A DNA stretch of 64,000 nucleotides from the IMG/VR virus record IMGVR_UViG_3300002461_000132, positions 1 through 64,000 of that record, one strand, 5' to 3'. Below the pieces are notes generated by a model, which was not told where the DNA came from, did no database searches, and worked only from the letters and a program-made list of their open reading frames with translations. The stretch comes from a virus. Both the position numbers and the translations under genes were made by a program. This document shows positions 17,804 through 25,774 of the stretch, piece after piece (position 1 is the first letter of the stretch; each line of letters begins with the position of its first letter).

Positions 17804-18421
17804 CTACTTCGAGGTCGACTTGATCTTCGCGGCACGCTGATCGAACACGCGGATCAGATCCCGCGGCACGTCGCGGCCGCTGTCGAGGAGCTCGCGCACG
17901 AGCTTCGCCAGCGTCGACGCGTGCACATCCTTCTCGGCGAGCACGGGCAACCCGCGGCCGAGGAGCTCGGCCGCAAGCTCGTCGGCGCGATCATCCTGTC
18001 CGCGGTCGAGCTCGATCGAGACCTTGTTCTTGACGAGCGCTCCGTGTCCGTGATCGATCAGCCACTTGATCGCGCCGGCGCGCAACTCGGGGGCATCGTC
18101 GCGCGACGGCAGCGACGCGCGGATCTTCGACTCGACGGTGACCTTCCAACCGGCGCGCGTCACGCACTCGCGCAACTTCATCTGATCCATCTGTTCCGGG
18201 ATCTGGCGCTCGTAGATGTCCGCACGCGCAGCCTTCGCAACGATGACGTCGGCCTCGAGCCGCTCGAGCAAGTCATCGGCGCGCGCGCCTTCCGACACCA
18301 ATCGATCGAGCTCGTCGAACGCGCGATCGACAGCCGAGGCCGTCGGGTTGGCGTCGGCACCGTAGTCGTCGGCACCGCTCGCAGGAACATCACCGCTCAC
18401 ATCATTCTGATCTTGGGACAT
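17804..18421 (-). CDS. Hypothetical acidic protein (205 aa)
   Basis: Clean ORF with an ATG start, high GC3 and an acidic N terminus. No motif recognised. Confidence 0.6.
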   Translation of the reverse strand: MSQDQNDVSGDVPASGADDYGADANPTASAVDRAFDELDRLVSEGARADDLLERLEADVIVAKAARADIYERQIPEQMDQMKLRECVTRAGWKVTVESKIRASLPSRDDAPELRAGAIKWLIDHGHGALVKNKVSIELDRGQDDRADELAAELLGRGLPVLAEKDVHASTLAKLVRELLDSGRDVPRDLIRVFDQRAAKIKSTSK

Positions 18422-18462
18422 GTTGACGACTGGTACCAGATGTCAACAGATCGCGTCAAGTG
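18422..18462 (-). promoter_or_regulatory. Possible promoter upstream of 17804..18421
   Basis: Minus strand: TTGACG (18459-18454), 18 nt, TACCAG (18435-18430), 8 nt, ATG 18421. A TGTTGACA box also lies at 18448-18441. Confidence 0.3.
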
Positions 18463-18483
18463 CGATCGTGCGAGATCACCACG

Positions 18484-20196
18484 CTACGTCAACCACGCGC
18501 GGTAGGCATCGCCCACAACTTCGTCGCTGATCCGCTTCTTCTCGACGAGCGCACGCACGATGCGTTCGTCGACGGTGCGCAGCGCAACGAGATCGAAGTA
18601 GGTCACGTTGCAGCGTTGCCCGATGCGGTGATTTCGATCCTCCGACTGCAAACGGTTCACGAGGTTGAAGTCATTCGAGTAGTAGACCGTCGTCGTAGCC
18701 TCGACGAGCGTGACGCCCATCCCGATCGCCGCGGCATTCGCGACGAAGAAACGCGCGCGGTCCGTACCGCGGAAGTCGTCGATCGCTTTCGCCCGGTCGC
18801 CACGCGAGGTCACCGCGCCGTCGTAGCGCACGCACGCGGGGCCGAGCTTCTGTACCAGGCGATCGATGTCGCGACGGAAGCGCGCCCACACGATCGCCTT
18901 GCCTGGTACGTCTTCGAGGAGCTCGAGGGTGTGCAGCAAGCGCGGATCGTTGCCGTCGCCGGGAATCGCGATCGGCTCGGCGTCGGGATCGTTCGGGTTG
19001 GGAAGGTAGCCGCACGCGATCTGTTGTAGCCGGAGGATGCGCACCATCGCGATCGCCGCGGTGATCAACTCGCCGTCGACCTCGAGCATGTACGTTCGCT
19101 TGAGCGTGTCGTATGCCCGTCGTTGTTCCGGGGCGAGCTCGAACGGGATCCGTTGGTACAACTTCTCGGGCAGGTTCAACCCCGCATCCTCTTTCGTGAG
19201 GCGCGAGCTATGGGGCTCGATCATCGCGCGGAGCTTGTCGATGTCCTTGTAGCCGACGACGATTTCACGCGTGATGCCTCGCGATGCTTTCTTCGCGTGC
19301 TCGTGCACCGCGGCCGCGCGCCGCTCGTCGCGATCGCCGGCGAGCTCGGGCACTGCGTTGCTGTCGTCCTCGCCGGCGCTGTAGTCGCCGAGCGCCTCCT
19401 CGAACGCGGCGGCCGCCGACATCTGCGCGGCCTTGTCCGTCAGCGTCATCATCTGTTGTGACGCCGGCGCGTCGTCGGTCGCCGGCGCGACGCGGCCTTG
19501 CGTCGGATCCTCGGGTGCGGCGATCACGATCTTCCGCTTGATCGCGAACAGGTTTTCGAACGCGGTGAACGATCCGATCCCGAGCTTTCGCCAGTAGAGC
19601 GGATCGAGGAGGAGCATTTGCCCGTAGAGGTCGAGCGGCGAGTTTGCGACGGGGGTGCCGTTCAAGATCCGAACGTACGCGGCCGCGTTCGCGATCCGCT
19701 GACAGACCTTCGACCGTTCCGCCGTCGGGTTTTTCACGCGCGCGGCCTCGTCGGTGATCTTCGTGAACCGCTTGCGCCTCGCCGCGAACGCGCGCGCGGC
19801 CGCGATGCCGGCGTCCGTCTTGAGACCGTCGTACGTGATCGACAGGCACGCGAGCATCGTGTCGGGCGCCGCGAGCAACTTGTCGAACGCCGCGCGTTGC
19901 TCCTTCGACTTCGACGCCGACGAATGCCAGTCGAGGCCGATCCACGGCACGTCACAATGGCGAGGGAGCTCGTCGCTAATCCAATTGCGGTGCACGCCGT
20001 CGGGCGCGACCACGATCACCCCCGACGTTCGGTCGTGCTTCCACAACCGGCTGACCGATCGGATCGTCGGCCGCGTCTTGCCTACGCCCATCTGCCAGAA
20101 GATCGCGAAGCCTCGACGCTCCCACGTGGCTTCGAGGAGCTCGGCTTGATGCACGAAGTCGTCGACGATCGTCGGCTCGGATCCCGTGGCGAGCAT
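18484..20196 (-). CDS. SNF2-family helicase
   Basis: QMGVGKTR (motif I), KITDEAARVKNP (motif II), LNGTPVANSPLDLY (motif III), QSEDRNHRIGQ (motif VI). Confidence 0.8.
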   Translation of the reverse strand: MLATGSEPTIVDDFVHQAELLEATWERRGFAIFWQMGVGKTRPTIRSVSRLWKHDRTSGVIVVAPDGVHRNWISDELPRHCDVPWIGLDWHSSASKSKEQRAAFDKLLAAPDTMLACLSITYDGLKTDAGIAAARAFAARRKRFTKITDEAARVKNPTAERSKVCQRIANAAAYVRILNGTPVANSPLDLYGQMLLLDPLYWRKLGIGSFTAFENLFAIKRKIVIAAPEDPTQGRVAPATDDAPASQQMMTLTDKAAQMSAAAAFEEALGDYSAGEDDSNAVPELAGDRDERRAAAVHEHAKKASRGITREIVVGYKDIDKLRAMIEPHSSRLTKEDAGLNLPEKLYQRIPFELAPEQRRAYDTLKRTYMLEVDGELITAAIAMVRILRLQQIACGYLPNPNDPDAEPIAIPGDGNDPRLLHTLELLEDVPGKAIVWARFRRDIDRLVQKLGPACVRYDGAVTSRGDRAKAIDDFRGTDRARFFVANAAAIGMGVTLVEATTTVYYSNDFNLVNRLQSEDRNHRIGQRCNVTYFDLVALRTVDERIVRALVEKKRISDEVVGDAYRAWLT

Positions 20197-20199
20197 CGA

Positions 20200-20514
20200 T
20201 CAGATCGACTCGTGCGGGTAGACTGTCGATCGCCGCACGTCGTCGAACGTGCGGCCGCACGTGCACGGCACGAGCACCTTCGGCAGTGACGCGGCGATGT
20301 TGTAGTAGTCGACGGCCGCGCGCTCGAGGTCAGCGCGCGCGAACGCGAGGTCAGACGGATCTCCGGTGCCAGCTGTACGCGCCGCGGCCGTGTGTCCGTA
20401 CTCGGATGCGAGCATCTCGAGACGTTCGCGAACGCCGTCGAGATGCGGTTGCGCGATCGGCGTGACAACGCTACGCACGAGATTCGGATCGGTGCCGTCG
20501 CAGCGCCGGATCAC
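20200..20514 (-). CDS. Hypothetical protein (104 aa)
   Basis: The GTG at 20514 forms a GTGA overlap with the upstream stop. Sequence VIRRCDGTDPNLVRSVVTPIAQPHLDG... Confidence 0.45.
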   Translation of the reverse strand: MIRRCDGTDPNLVRSVVTPIAQPHLDGVRERLEMLASEYGHTAAARTAGTGDPSDLAFARADLERAAVDYYNIAASLPKVLVPCTCGRTFDDVRRSTVYPHESI

Positions 20515-20831
20515 TTCGGGTCGCCTTCGCGCATCATCTCCTCGACGATGTGCCGCGATCGCGGATCGTCGAGGCCGTTGCGGATCCACGACCGACGCCA
20601 CGCGAACCACGCGGCGACGACGATCGCGATCATCATCGCGGCCGACAGCGCGAGGAGCATCGCGACCCCCGGCCAAAACCGAGGGAGCAACGGCTCGTTG
20701 TAGATCGCGGCCCCGACGATGTTGACGATCGTCATGCACGTGAACGTGATCGCGAACGTGCGCAACATGCCGAGGATCATCCGGCCGGCACGCGCGCGGA
20801 AGTACCGACGGAACAGCGGATCGCCGATCAT
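20511..20831 (-). CDS. Small membrane protein (about 3 TM helices)
   Basis: Hydrophobic segments MILGMLRTFAITFTCMTIVNIVGAAI and WPGVAMLLALSAAMMIAIVVAAWFAW. ATGA overlap with the upstream gene. Confidence 0.55.
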   Translation of the reverse strand: MIGDPLFRRYFRARAGRMILGMLRTFAITFTCMTIVNIVGAAIYNEPLLPRFWPGVAMLLALSAAMMIAIVVAAWFAWRRSWIRNGLDDPRSRHIVEEMMREGDPK

Positions 20832-21688
20832 GCTCCGATGTCTCCGACGAGCTCATAGCGGTGCAACACCGACTTCTCGAGCTCGGCTTGCCCCGCGAGG
20901 AATTCGCGCGCGGCCTTCTGTTGTCGCCGGCGCTTGTTGCGATCGTGCGACCACAGGATCGTGAAGTAGCTCGCGTGCGTCGGAGCCGGGCCGACCACCG
21001 GCGAATCGTCGGCGCGCGTGGTGAGCTCGAGGCGCCGCTTCTCGAGGCGCGCGCGCTCCTTCGTCGGCCGCTCGAGTCGCTTGTCGATGATCTTGATCAT
21101 GTGATCGGGATGGCACATGTACGCGATGCGCCGCATCGGAAACACGGTGATCGACTTCTCGCCGGCGATCGCCATGGGGCCCCGGTATCCCTTCTCGTGC
21201 TCGGCTTTCGTCGGGATCAACGAGCGGAGGTGATCGAGGTTGAACCCGTTCCAGAACACCGAGTCGATCTTCTTCGCCAGCCACAACCCGAACAGCGCGT
21301 AGTAGCAATCTTGCACGCGCAACCCGGAACCCTCGCCGGGAGGGTTGTTGAACGCAGAGCCGATGCCTTCTTGCCGCACGAGCTCGGCCTCCCAATCCTC
21401 GAGCTTCAACACGTCGCGACCGGGCGAACCGTCGAAGAACGCGCGCGGCCGGTGCGCGGCCGTCCACTGCTCTTGCCAGTAGGCCGAGCTCGAGGCGTCG
21501 AGATCGATCGGACACTTGTCCGGTTCGCGCGCGGCCGGTCGCAGCACGCATGCCGCGAACCGGCGGCCGACTTCCGGCGTCCCCCAATCGTCGGTGGCGG
21601 CGCTCGTCAGCGCACCGCGCGCCGATGTCGCCGGGCGCACGTCCGCGGCCGTCTGCGCGAACGCAGCCGGGGTTTCGTCCTTTGCCAC
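20828..21688 (-). CDS. Phage Dam-family DNA methyltransferase homologue with NPPG in place of NPPY/F
   Basis: DDWGTPEVGRRF...PIDLDASSS...FFDGS...SAFNNPPGEG follows the phage Dam family layout (W-x-TP, FDLDP-type, NPPY-type). The aromatic residue of the catalytic tetrapeptide is Gly. Confidence 0.5.
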   Translation of the reverse strand: MAKDETPAAFAQTAADVRPATSARGALTSAATDDWGTPEVGRRFAACVLRPAAREPDKCPIDLDASSSAYWQEQWTAAHRPRAFFDGSPGRDVLKLEDWEAELVRQEGIGSAFNNPPGEGSGLRVQDCYYALFGLWLAKKIDSVFWNGFNLDHLRSLIPTKAEHEKGYRGPMAIAGEKSITVFPMRRIAYMCHPDHMIKIIDKRLERPTKERARLEKRRLELTTRADDSPVVGPAPTHASYFTILWSHDRNKRRRQQKAAREFLAGQAELEKSVLHRYELVGDIGA

Positions 21689-21692
21689 GGAC

Positions 21693-21911
21693 CTACGCCG
21701 CTTTCTTCTTCGGGCCGGCCGCGGCCGCCTCGAGCTCGATCTCGCGGTTGCCGACGCTGCGCAGCCACGCGGCCGCGCTCGCGAACCCCTTCGAGTGCGC
21801 GTGATCTTCCCACTTCGCGAGCTCGGGATCCGTCGTGCGGATCTGGTAGCGCCGCTCGAGCGGCGACTTCTTCGAGCTCGGGTGACCCTTACGCTTCTTC
21901 GTTCCTGCCAT
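21693..21911 (-). CDS. Ribbon-helix-helix (CopG/MobC-like) DNA-binding protein
   Basis: RRYQIRTTDPELAKWEDHAHSKGFASAAAWLRSV fits a beta-strand, helix, helix pattern. Basic N terminus. ATG at 21911 directly after a promoter-like element. Confidence 0.5.
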   Translation of the reverse strand: MAGTKKRKGHPSSKKSPLERRYQIRTTDPELAKWEDHAHSKGFASAAAWLRSVGNREIELEAAAAGPKKKAA

Positions 21912-21962
21912 GATGGTCCCTTCTACTATCTCGCGTTGCGAGTTGTCAACAGTTGTCATACC
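21912..21962 (-). promoter_or_regulatory. Second-class promoter (TTGACA-18-TAGAAGGG)
   Basis: Minus strand: TTGACA (21949-21944), 18 nt, TAGAAG (21925-21920), 8 nt, ATG 21911. A degenerate second box (ATGACA) lies 10 bp upstream. Confidence 0.4.
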
Positions 21963-22285
21963 CCGAGGTGCTCGAGGCCGAGACGCAATTGCGTGACGAC
22001 GGAAAAGATCGCGGTCTGGATCGTCGACGGTGCGCGCATCGCGATCGCGTTGAAGTTGCGAATGCACTCGAGCACGCGCTCGCGCATGTCGACGGCCGCG
22101 CACGCGCTCGCCCACTCCGTCGACGAGAACGTCACCGCTCCGAGAAACTTCGCGTCGGTGTCCTCGCCGTCACCGACGCGCGCGAACACCTGCGTGCGCA
22201 CCGAACCATTCTCGAGCACCGCGATCCGCTTGATCGCGAGCGCACCGATCACGAATTCGCCGATCTGATCCGCGGTGCGCATCAC
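21956..22285 (-). CDS. Hypothetical protein (109 aa)
   Basis: The GTG at 22285 forms a GTGA overlap with the upstream stop. Balanced composition. Confidence 0.55.
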   Translation of the reverse strand: MMRTADQIGEFVIGALAIKRIAVLENGSVRTQVFARVGDGEDTDAKFLGAVTFSSTEWASACAAVDMRERVLECIRNFNAIAMRAPSTIQTAIFSVVTQLRLGLEHLGV

Positions 22286-22941
22286 GCAGCCTTCACGATC
22301 TCGAGCGCGATTTTCCGATCGGCGCTGCGCTCGATCGCGTCGACGCGGCCGTGCATCTCGCCGGCCGTCTTGTCGTCGACCCCGAGCACAACGATCATCT
22401 CGACGGCGCCGGTGCGCGCCAACGTGTCGACGATCTCGAGCGCTTGCGTCTTACTGTCGGGGAGCGACACGAGCACGTCACCGACTTCGACGCCGGCGGC
22501 CTTCAACGTGAGGGCACCGATCTCGTACATCGAAACGATCGCGCAGATCTCGCCGGCCTTCTGCCGTTCGCCGACGTCTTGGATCAGACGCCACGTCTGA
22601 TCGTCGCGCTCGCGCGCCGCTTGATCCGGGATCGTCCGGATCAACTGCTTCTCGCGCCCCGGTCGCGGTTCGCTCGGCGGCCGCACGGTGGACGCGAGGA
22701 GCTCGGCCGCGAGCTTCGTATCCCCTTGCGCGCGGTCGTATTCGTCCGACAGCAACGCGGCATCGTTCAACAGCGTGAGGAAGCACGAGCGTGCATCCTT
22801 GGAGCTTCCGAGCGTAGCGATCAGCATGCGAAATTGCTCGTCGCTGATCGGCGTGGTCACCGTGTCGGCGGCCGCCTTGTCGAGAGCTTCGCGAACGATG
22901 TGCGCCATGCGGCGAGCTTGAGCGGGGGAGTGTTCAGCCAT
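22282..22941 (-). CDS. RecA-core-fragment-like protein lacking Walker A and Walker B
   Basis: GEICAIVSMYEIGALTLKAAGVEVGDVLVSLPDSKTQALEIVDTLARTGAVEMIVVLGV aligns by eye to E. coli RecA [60 protein letters not shown]. No P-loop is present. The ATG at 22941 follows promoter cassette A. Confidence 0.5.
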   Translation of the reverse strand: MAEHSPAQARRMAHIVREALDKAAADTVTTPISDEQFRMLIATLGSSKDARSCFLTLLNDAALLSDEYDRAQGDTKLAAELLASTVRPPSEPRPGREKQLIRTIPDQAARERDDQTWRLIQDVGERQKAGEICAIVSMYEIGALTLKAAGVEVGDVLVSLPDSKTQALEIVDTLARTGAVEMIVVLGVDDKTAGEMHGRVDAIERSADRKIALEIVKAA

Positions 22942-22984
22942 GAGAGACAGGTTAAGGCTTTCGTCAACAGTTGTCAACAGGATG
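22942..22984 (-). promoter_or_regulatory. Promoter cassette A (leaderless geometry)
   Basis: Minus strand: TTGACA (22977-22972), 17 nt, TAACCT (22954-22949), 7 nt, ATG 22941. Contains the TGTTGAC doublet. Confidence 0.6.
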
Positions 22985-23380
22985 ACACACGTTGCACCAC
23001 GGTCCCAACATGGGGCATCGGCAAGCCTTCGGGTGCTCGATCCCGACGTCGAACGCGGGGCCGGCGAACGGCCACGACTTGCCGTACGACGCACCGTACC
23101 GGCGCGACCGGGCCGATCGAGCTCGTAGATCCTGCGACGGCGTGACCTCGAGCGCACCGGCATCGGACAACCGTCGCCAGTAGTCGGGGCACTCGGCCGG
23201 CCGCGTCACCGAGGAGCGCGCGAGTCGGTGCGCGACCTTGTTGATCCGGTAGCCGACTGTCGTCACCGACAACTCGAACAGCCGGGCAAGCGCCGCCTTC
23301 TTCACGCCGGCCGAGAACAGAAGCCAGATCATCGCGTCGCGCTGTTCACGTTCCTTCGCCGACAGCTTCATCGTCGTCAT
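22964..23380 (-). CDS. HTH DNA-binding protein
   Basis: N-terminal GVKKAALARLFELSVTTVGYRINKV helix-turn-helix. The ORF ends in a TGA inside the TGTTGA box of cassette A. The start is uncertain (ATG 23380, 23371 or 23332). Confidence 0.5.
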   Translation of the reverse strand: MTTMKLSAKEREQRDAMIWLLFSAGVKKAALARLFELSVTTVGYRINKVAHRLARSSVTRPAECPDYWRRLSDAGALEVTPSQDLRARSARSRRYGASYGKSWPFAGPAFDVGIEHPKACRCPMLGPWCNVCHPVDNC

Positions 23381-23789
23381 CCTCCTCGGTGCCCGACTTC
23401 GACAGGCACGCTTTGCAATCGTGCAATCGATCGTTCGTGAAGTCGATGCCCGAGTCGCAGACGGCCGCGGCCTTCTGCGCGGCCTCGAGATCGCCGGCGA
23501 GCACCGCCTTGAACACGTCGCGGATCGCGCCGTTGAGGAGCGCTTCCGTCGGGATGCCCTCGCACACGTTCCACGTCACCGCCATGCGGTGCGCGATGTC
23601 GACCTTCAAGTTGCCGTCACCTCCCTCGCCTCGCCACGTCATGCCGCCGAGCGATGCGAGCTCGAGGCGCGTGGCTTGGTTGACGGCGTGGTGCCGGTGC
23701 AGCTTCACGCCCTTGCGATCGGCCTCACCGACGAGCGCCTCGTGCGGCTGCTTCGGTTTCTTCTTCGGCTTCGCGGCCGCCTTGGTCAC
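23346..23789 (-). CDS. Hypothetical protein (147 aa), basic N terminus and acidic C terminus
   Basis: The GTG at 23789 forms a GTGA overlap. Sequence VTKAAAKPKKKPKQ...CKACLSKSGTEEDDDDE. Confidence 0.5.
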   Translation of the reverse strand: MTKAAAKPKKKPKQPHEALVGEADRKGVKLHRHHAVNQATRLELASLGGMTWRGEGGDGNLKVDIAHRMAVTWNVCEGIPTEALLNGAIRDVFKAVLAGDLEAAQKAAAVCDSGIDFTNDRLHDCKACLSKSGTEEDDDDEAVGEGT

Positions 23790-24232
23790 GGATGAAACTC
23801 GCGCAACACGTAGTCGTCGGGCTGCACCGTCATCGACCACTCTGATCGATCACCGAGACGTGCCGCAAGCGCGTCGGCCATCACGTTCGCATCGCGCTCG
23901 TTGGCGATGCCCTCCGCGATCAACACGTCATCTTTGCCCGGTGCCTCGCCACCAAACTCGTGCCGCTTCACGATCATGAACGTGCCGACCGGAACGCCCG
24001 TCGGTGGCACCGCGTCGCACGGTCCGTTGTCGAACGGATCGATCGACACGTCGCCGATGTCGACAGTGAACGATCGAACCTTGCCGCCGGGGGTCGCCAC
24101 GTTCAACTCGAACGTGTCACCGCGGATGTGCCCCATCACGTAGCGGTGCGCCGCGTCGACGGCCGAATCCTCCTCGAGCTCGACGACGTCGCGCGCGTAC
24201 TGCGCGTCGTACTCCCATACGCGAAACTTCAC
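23786..24232 (-). CDS. Hypothetical protein (148 aa)
   Basis: The GTG at 24232 forms a GTGA overlap. Sequence VKFRVWEYDAQYARDVVELEEDSAVDAAHRYV... Confidence 0.5.
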   Translation of the reverse strand: MKFRVWEYDAQYARDVVELEEDSAVDAAHRYVMGHIRGDTFELNVATPGGKVRSFTVDIGDVSIDPFDNGPCDAVPPTGVPVGTFMIVKRHEFGGEAPGKDDVLIAEGIANERDANVMADALAARLGDRSEWSMTVQPDDYVLREFHP

Positions 24233-24834
24233 GACGGCACCGTCAGGTTCGCCATGTCGTGCAGCGCGAGTTGCAACTTCGTCAGCGCGTCGCGCACCGG
24301 CGATCGCCGATCGAGGTTGAGGGCCCCGCTCGGCTCCTTGAACATGAACGCGAGCGCTCGCGAGAGCTCGGCCGTCGCGGTGTGCAGGTCCCCGATCCGA
24401 CAACCGGCCGCGTGTTGCGCATCGTCGCGGCCGTTGCACGCGTCGATACCGCGGGCGGCCGCCGCAACCTGCGACGCGCTGTCGAGCGCGCGCAACAGGA
24501 TCGTGTGTAGCCGATCGAGGGTGCCGAGCTTCTCGAGCTCGAGCTCGCTGTCGAAGATGATCGCTGGCCTCGTCTCGCGTTGATGCGACTCGAGAAAGGC
24601 TTTGATCTTCGCGCCGGCGTCGGGATCCGTCGGTGCGCGGCCGACGGGAATCGCGAACGGATCGGGCGCCTCGAGATCCTCGCCGAGCACGATGGGGCTC
24701 GACTGGTAGATGTGCTCGATGCCCTGGCAGTTGTCGCCAACGATCAGCGCACCGCCCTCGGTCTTGTCACACGCGCACGGATCCCCATGCTCGACGCGAC
24801 CCCAGCGATGAAAAAACGATTGCTTTCCGGTCAT
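24229..24834 (-). CDS. Hypothetical protein (201 aa)
   Basis: The ATG at 24834 forms an ATGA overlap. Sequence MTGKQSFFHRWGRVEHGDPCACDKTEGG... Confidence 0.55.
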   Translation of the reverse strand: MTGKQSFFHRWGRVEHGDPCACDKTEGGALIVGDNCQGIEHIYQSSPIVLGEDLEAPDPFAIPVGRAPTDPDAGAKIKAFLESHQRETRPAIIFDSELELEKLGTLDRLHTILLRALDSASQVAAAARGIDACNGRDDAQHAAGCRIGDLHTATAELSRALAFMFKEPSGALNLDRRSPVRDALTKLQLALHDMANLTVPS

Positions 24835-25127
24835 GGTCCCCTCGCGATCCAGTAGTCGATTTCGCGCACGCCACACCGGCACACGCCGGTCGAGATCGTT
24901 GCGCCGCTATACGTCGCGTATTCGAAGTCGTGCACGCTGTCGGCGAGCACGCACGGGTTGTGGTCGATCGTCAGCGTTGGAGGGAACGCGCCGAACCACG
25001 GGCACACGTCCGAATGCCCGAGCTTGCCGACGCTGTGATCCTCGGGGCATTCGCACTCGCCGCGAGCTCGAGACGCCTCGCCCCGGAGCTTGTCGAGGCG
25101 CGCGCGCACGATGTTCATGAACGTCAT
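24831..25127 (-). CDS. Cys-rich hypothetical protein (98 aa)
   Basis: The ATG at 25127 forms an ATGA overlap. Sequence MTFMNIVRARLDKLRGEASRARGECECPEDH...CRCGV. Confidence 0.5.
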   Translation of the reverse strand: MTFMNIVRARLDKLRGEASRARGECECPEDHSVGKLGHSDVCPWFGAFPPTLTIDHNPCVLADSVHDFEYATYSGATISTGVCRCGVREIDYWIARGP

Positions 25128-25405
25128 GCGAGCTCGCCGGTGTGGCTGATCCGATTGCCGTGCTCGTCGGTGTACGTCAGCGTGGCGATGCATCGGCAGT
25201 TGATCGGCATCGTCGGTGGTGCCGTGAAGTAGGCGTCGACGTTGATCGTGATCGTCGACGGTGCCGCGTTGCTCGGTGCGAGCGCACCCATGCGCACGAC
25301 GGCGTCAGCTTTCGCGACGTCCTCCGCACGCAACATCTCCTCGGCTTCGGCGCGCGTGATCTGACGCCGGCGCGCGACATCTTCGATCTCTTCGATCTCG
25401 ATCAC
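25124..25405 (-). CDS. Hypothetical protein (93 aa)
   Basis: Start placed at GTG 25405 (GTGA overlap with the lipoprotein stop). GTG 25417 is the longest alternative. Confidence 0.5.
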   Translation of the reverse strand: MIEIEEIEDVARRRQITRAEAEEMLRAEDVAKADAVVRMGALAPSNAAPSTITINVDAYFTAPPTMPINCRCIATLTYTDEHGNRISHTGELA

Positions 25406-25734
25406 AGGGGCCAACACGCCGGCGCTTGCGCGTCACACGCCGTCGCCTCGAGCTCGGCCACGCACGCGGTGAACGCCTCCCAGTTGGGGAACACGAGCGA
25501 CTCGTCGATCGAACCGCACCGCTTGATCCCGCGATCGTCCGTCTCGCACGTAACGAGCAACGTGTCGGCGAGCGTGGCCTCGCACAACTCGACGCGGCCG
25601 CCGTCGCACGCAACCGAGCGTTCGCAGTACGACGACGCGTACACCGACAACGCGTCACCGTACGTCGCCGGCGGGGCGTCGACGCCGGTGCACGCAACGA
25701 GGAGCACCGCGATCATCATGAGGGTTATACGCAT
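25402..25734 (-). CDS. Cys-rich secreted lipoprotein
   Basis: MRITLMMIAVLLVAC gives a signal peptide plus lipobox. The mature part has about 10 Cys. The ATG at 25734 lies exactly 7 nt after a -10-like hexamer, with TTGACA 17 nt further upstream. ATG 25743 is the alternative. Confidence 0.55.
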   Translation of the reverse strand: MRITLMMIAVLLVACTGVDAPPATYGDALSVYASSYCERSVACDGGRVELCEATLADTLLVTCETDDRGIKRCGSIDESLVFPNWEAFTACVAELEATACDAQAPACWPL

Positions 25735-25772
25735 GGGATTCATCGTGCGGCCGTTGTCAGACGTTGTCAACA
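25735..25772 (-). promoter_or_regulatory. Degenerate cassette-type promoter for the lipoprotein gene
   Basis: Minus strand: TTGACA (25770-25765), 17 nt, CACGAT (25747-25742), 7 nt, ATG 25734. A second TGTCTGAC-type box lies 10 bp downstream. Confidence 0.4.
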
Positions 25773-25774
25773 GG

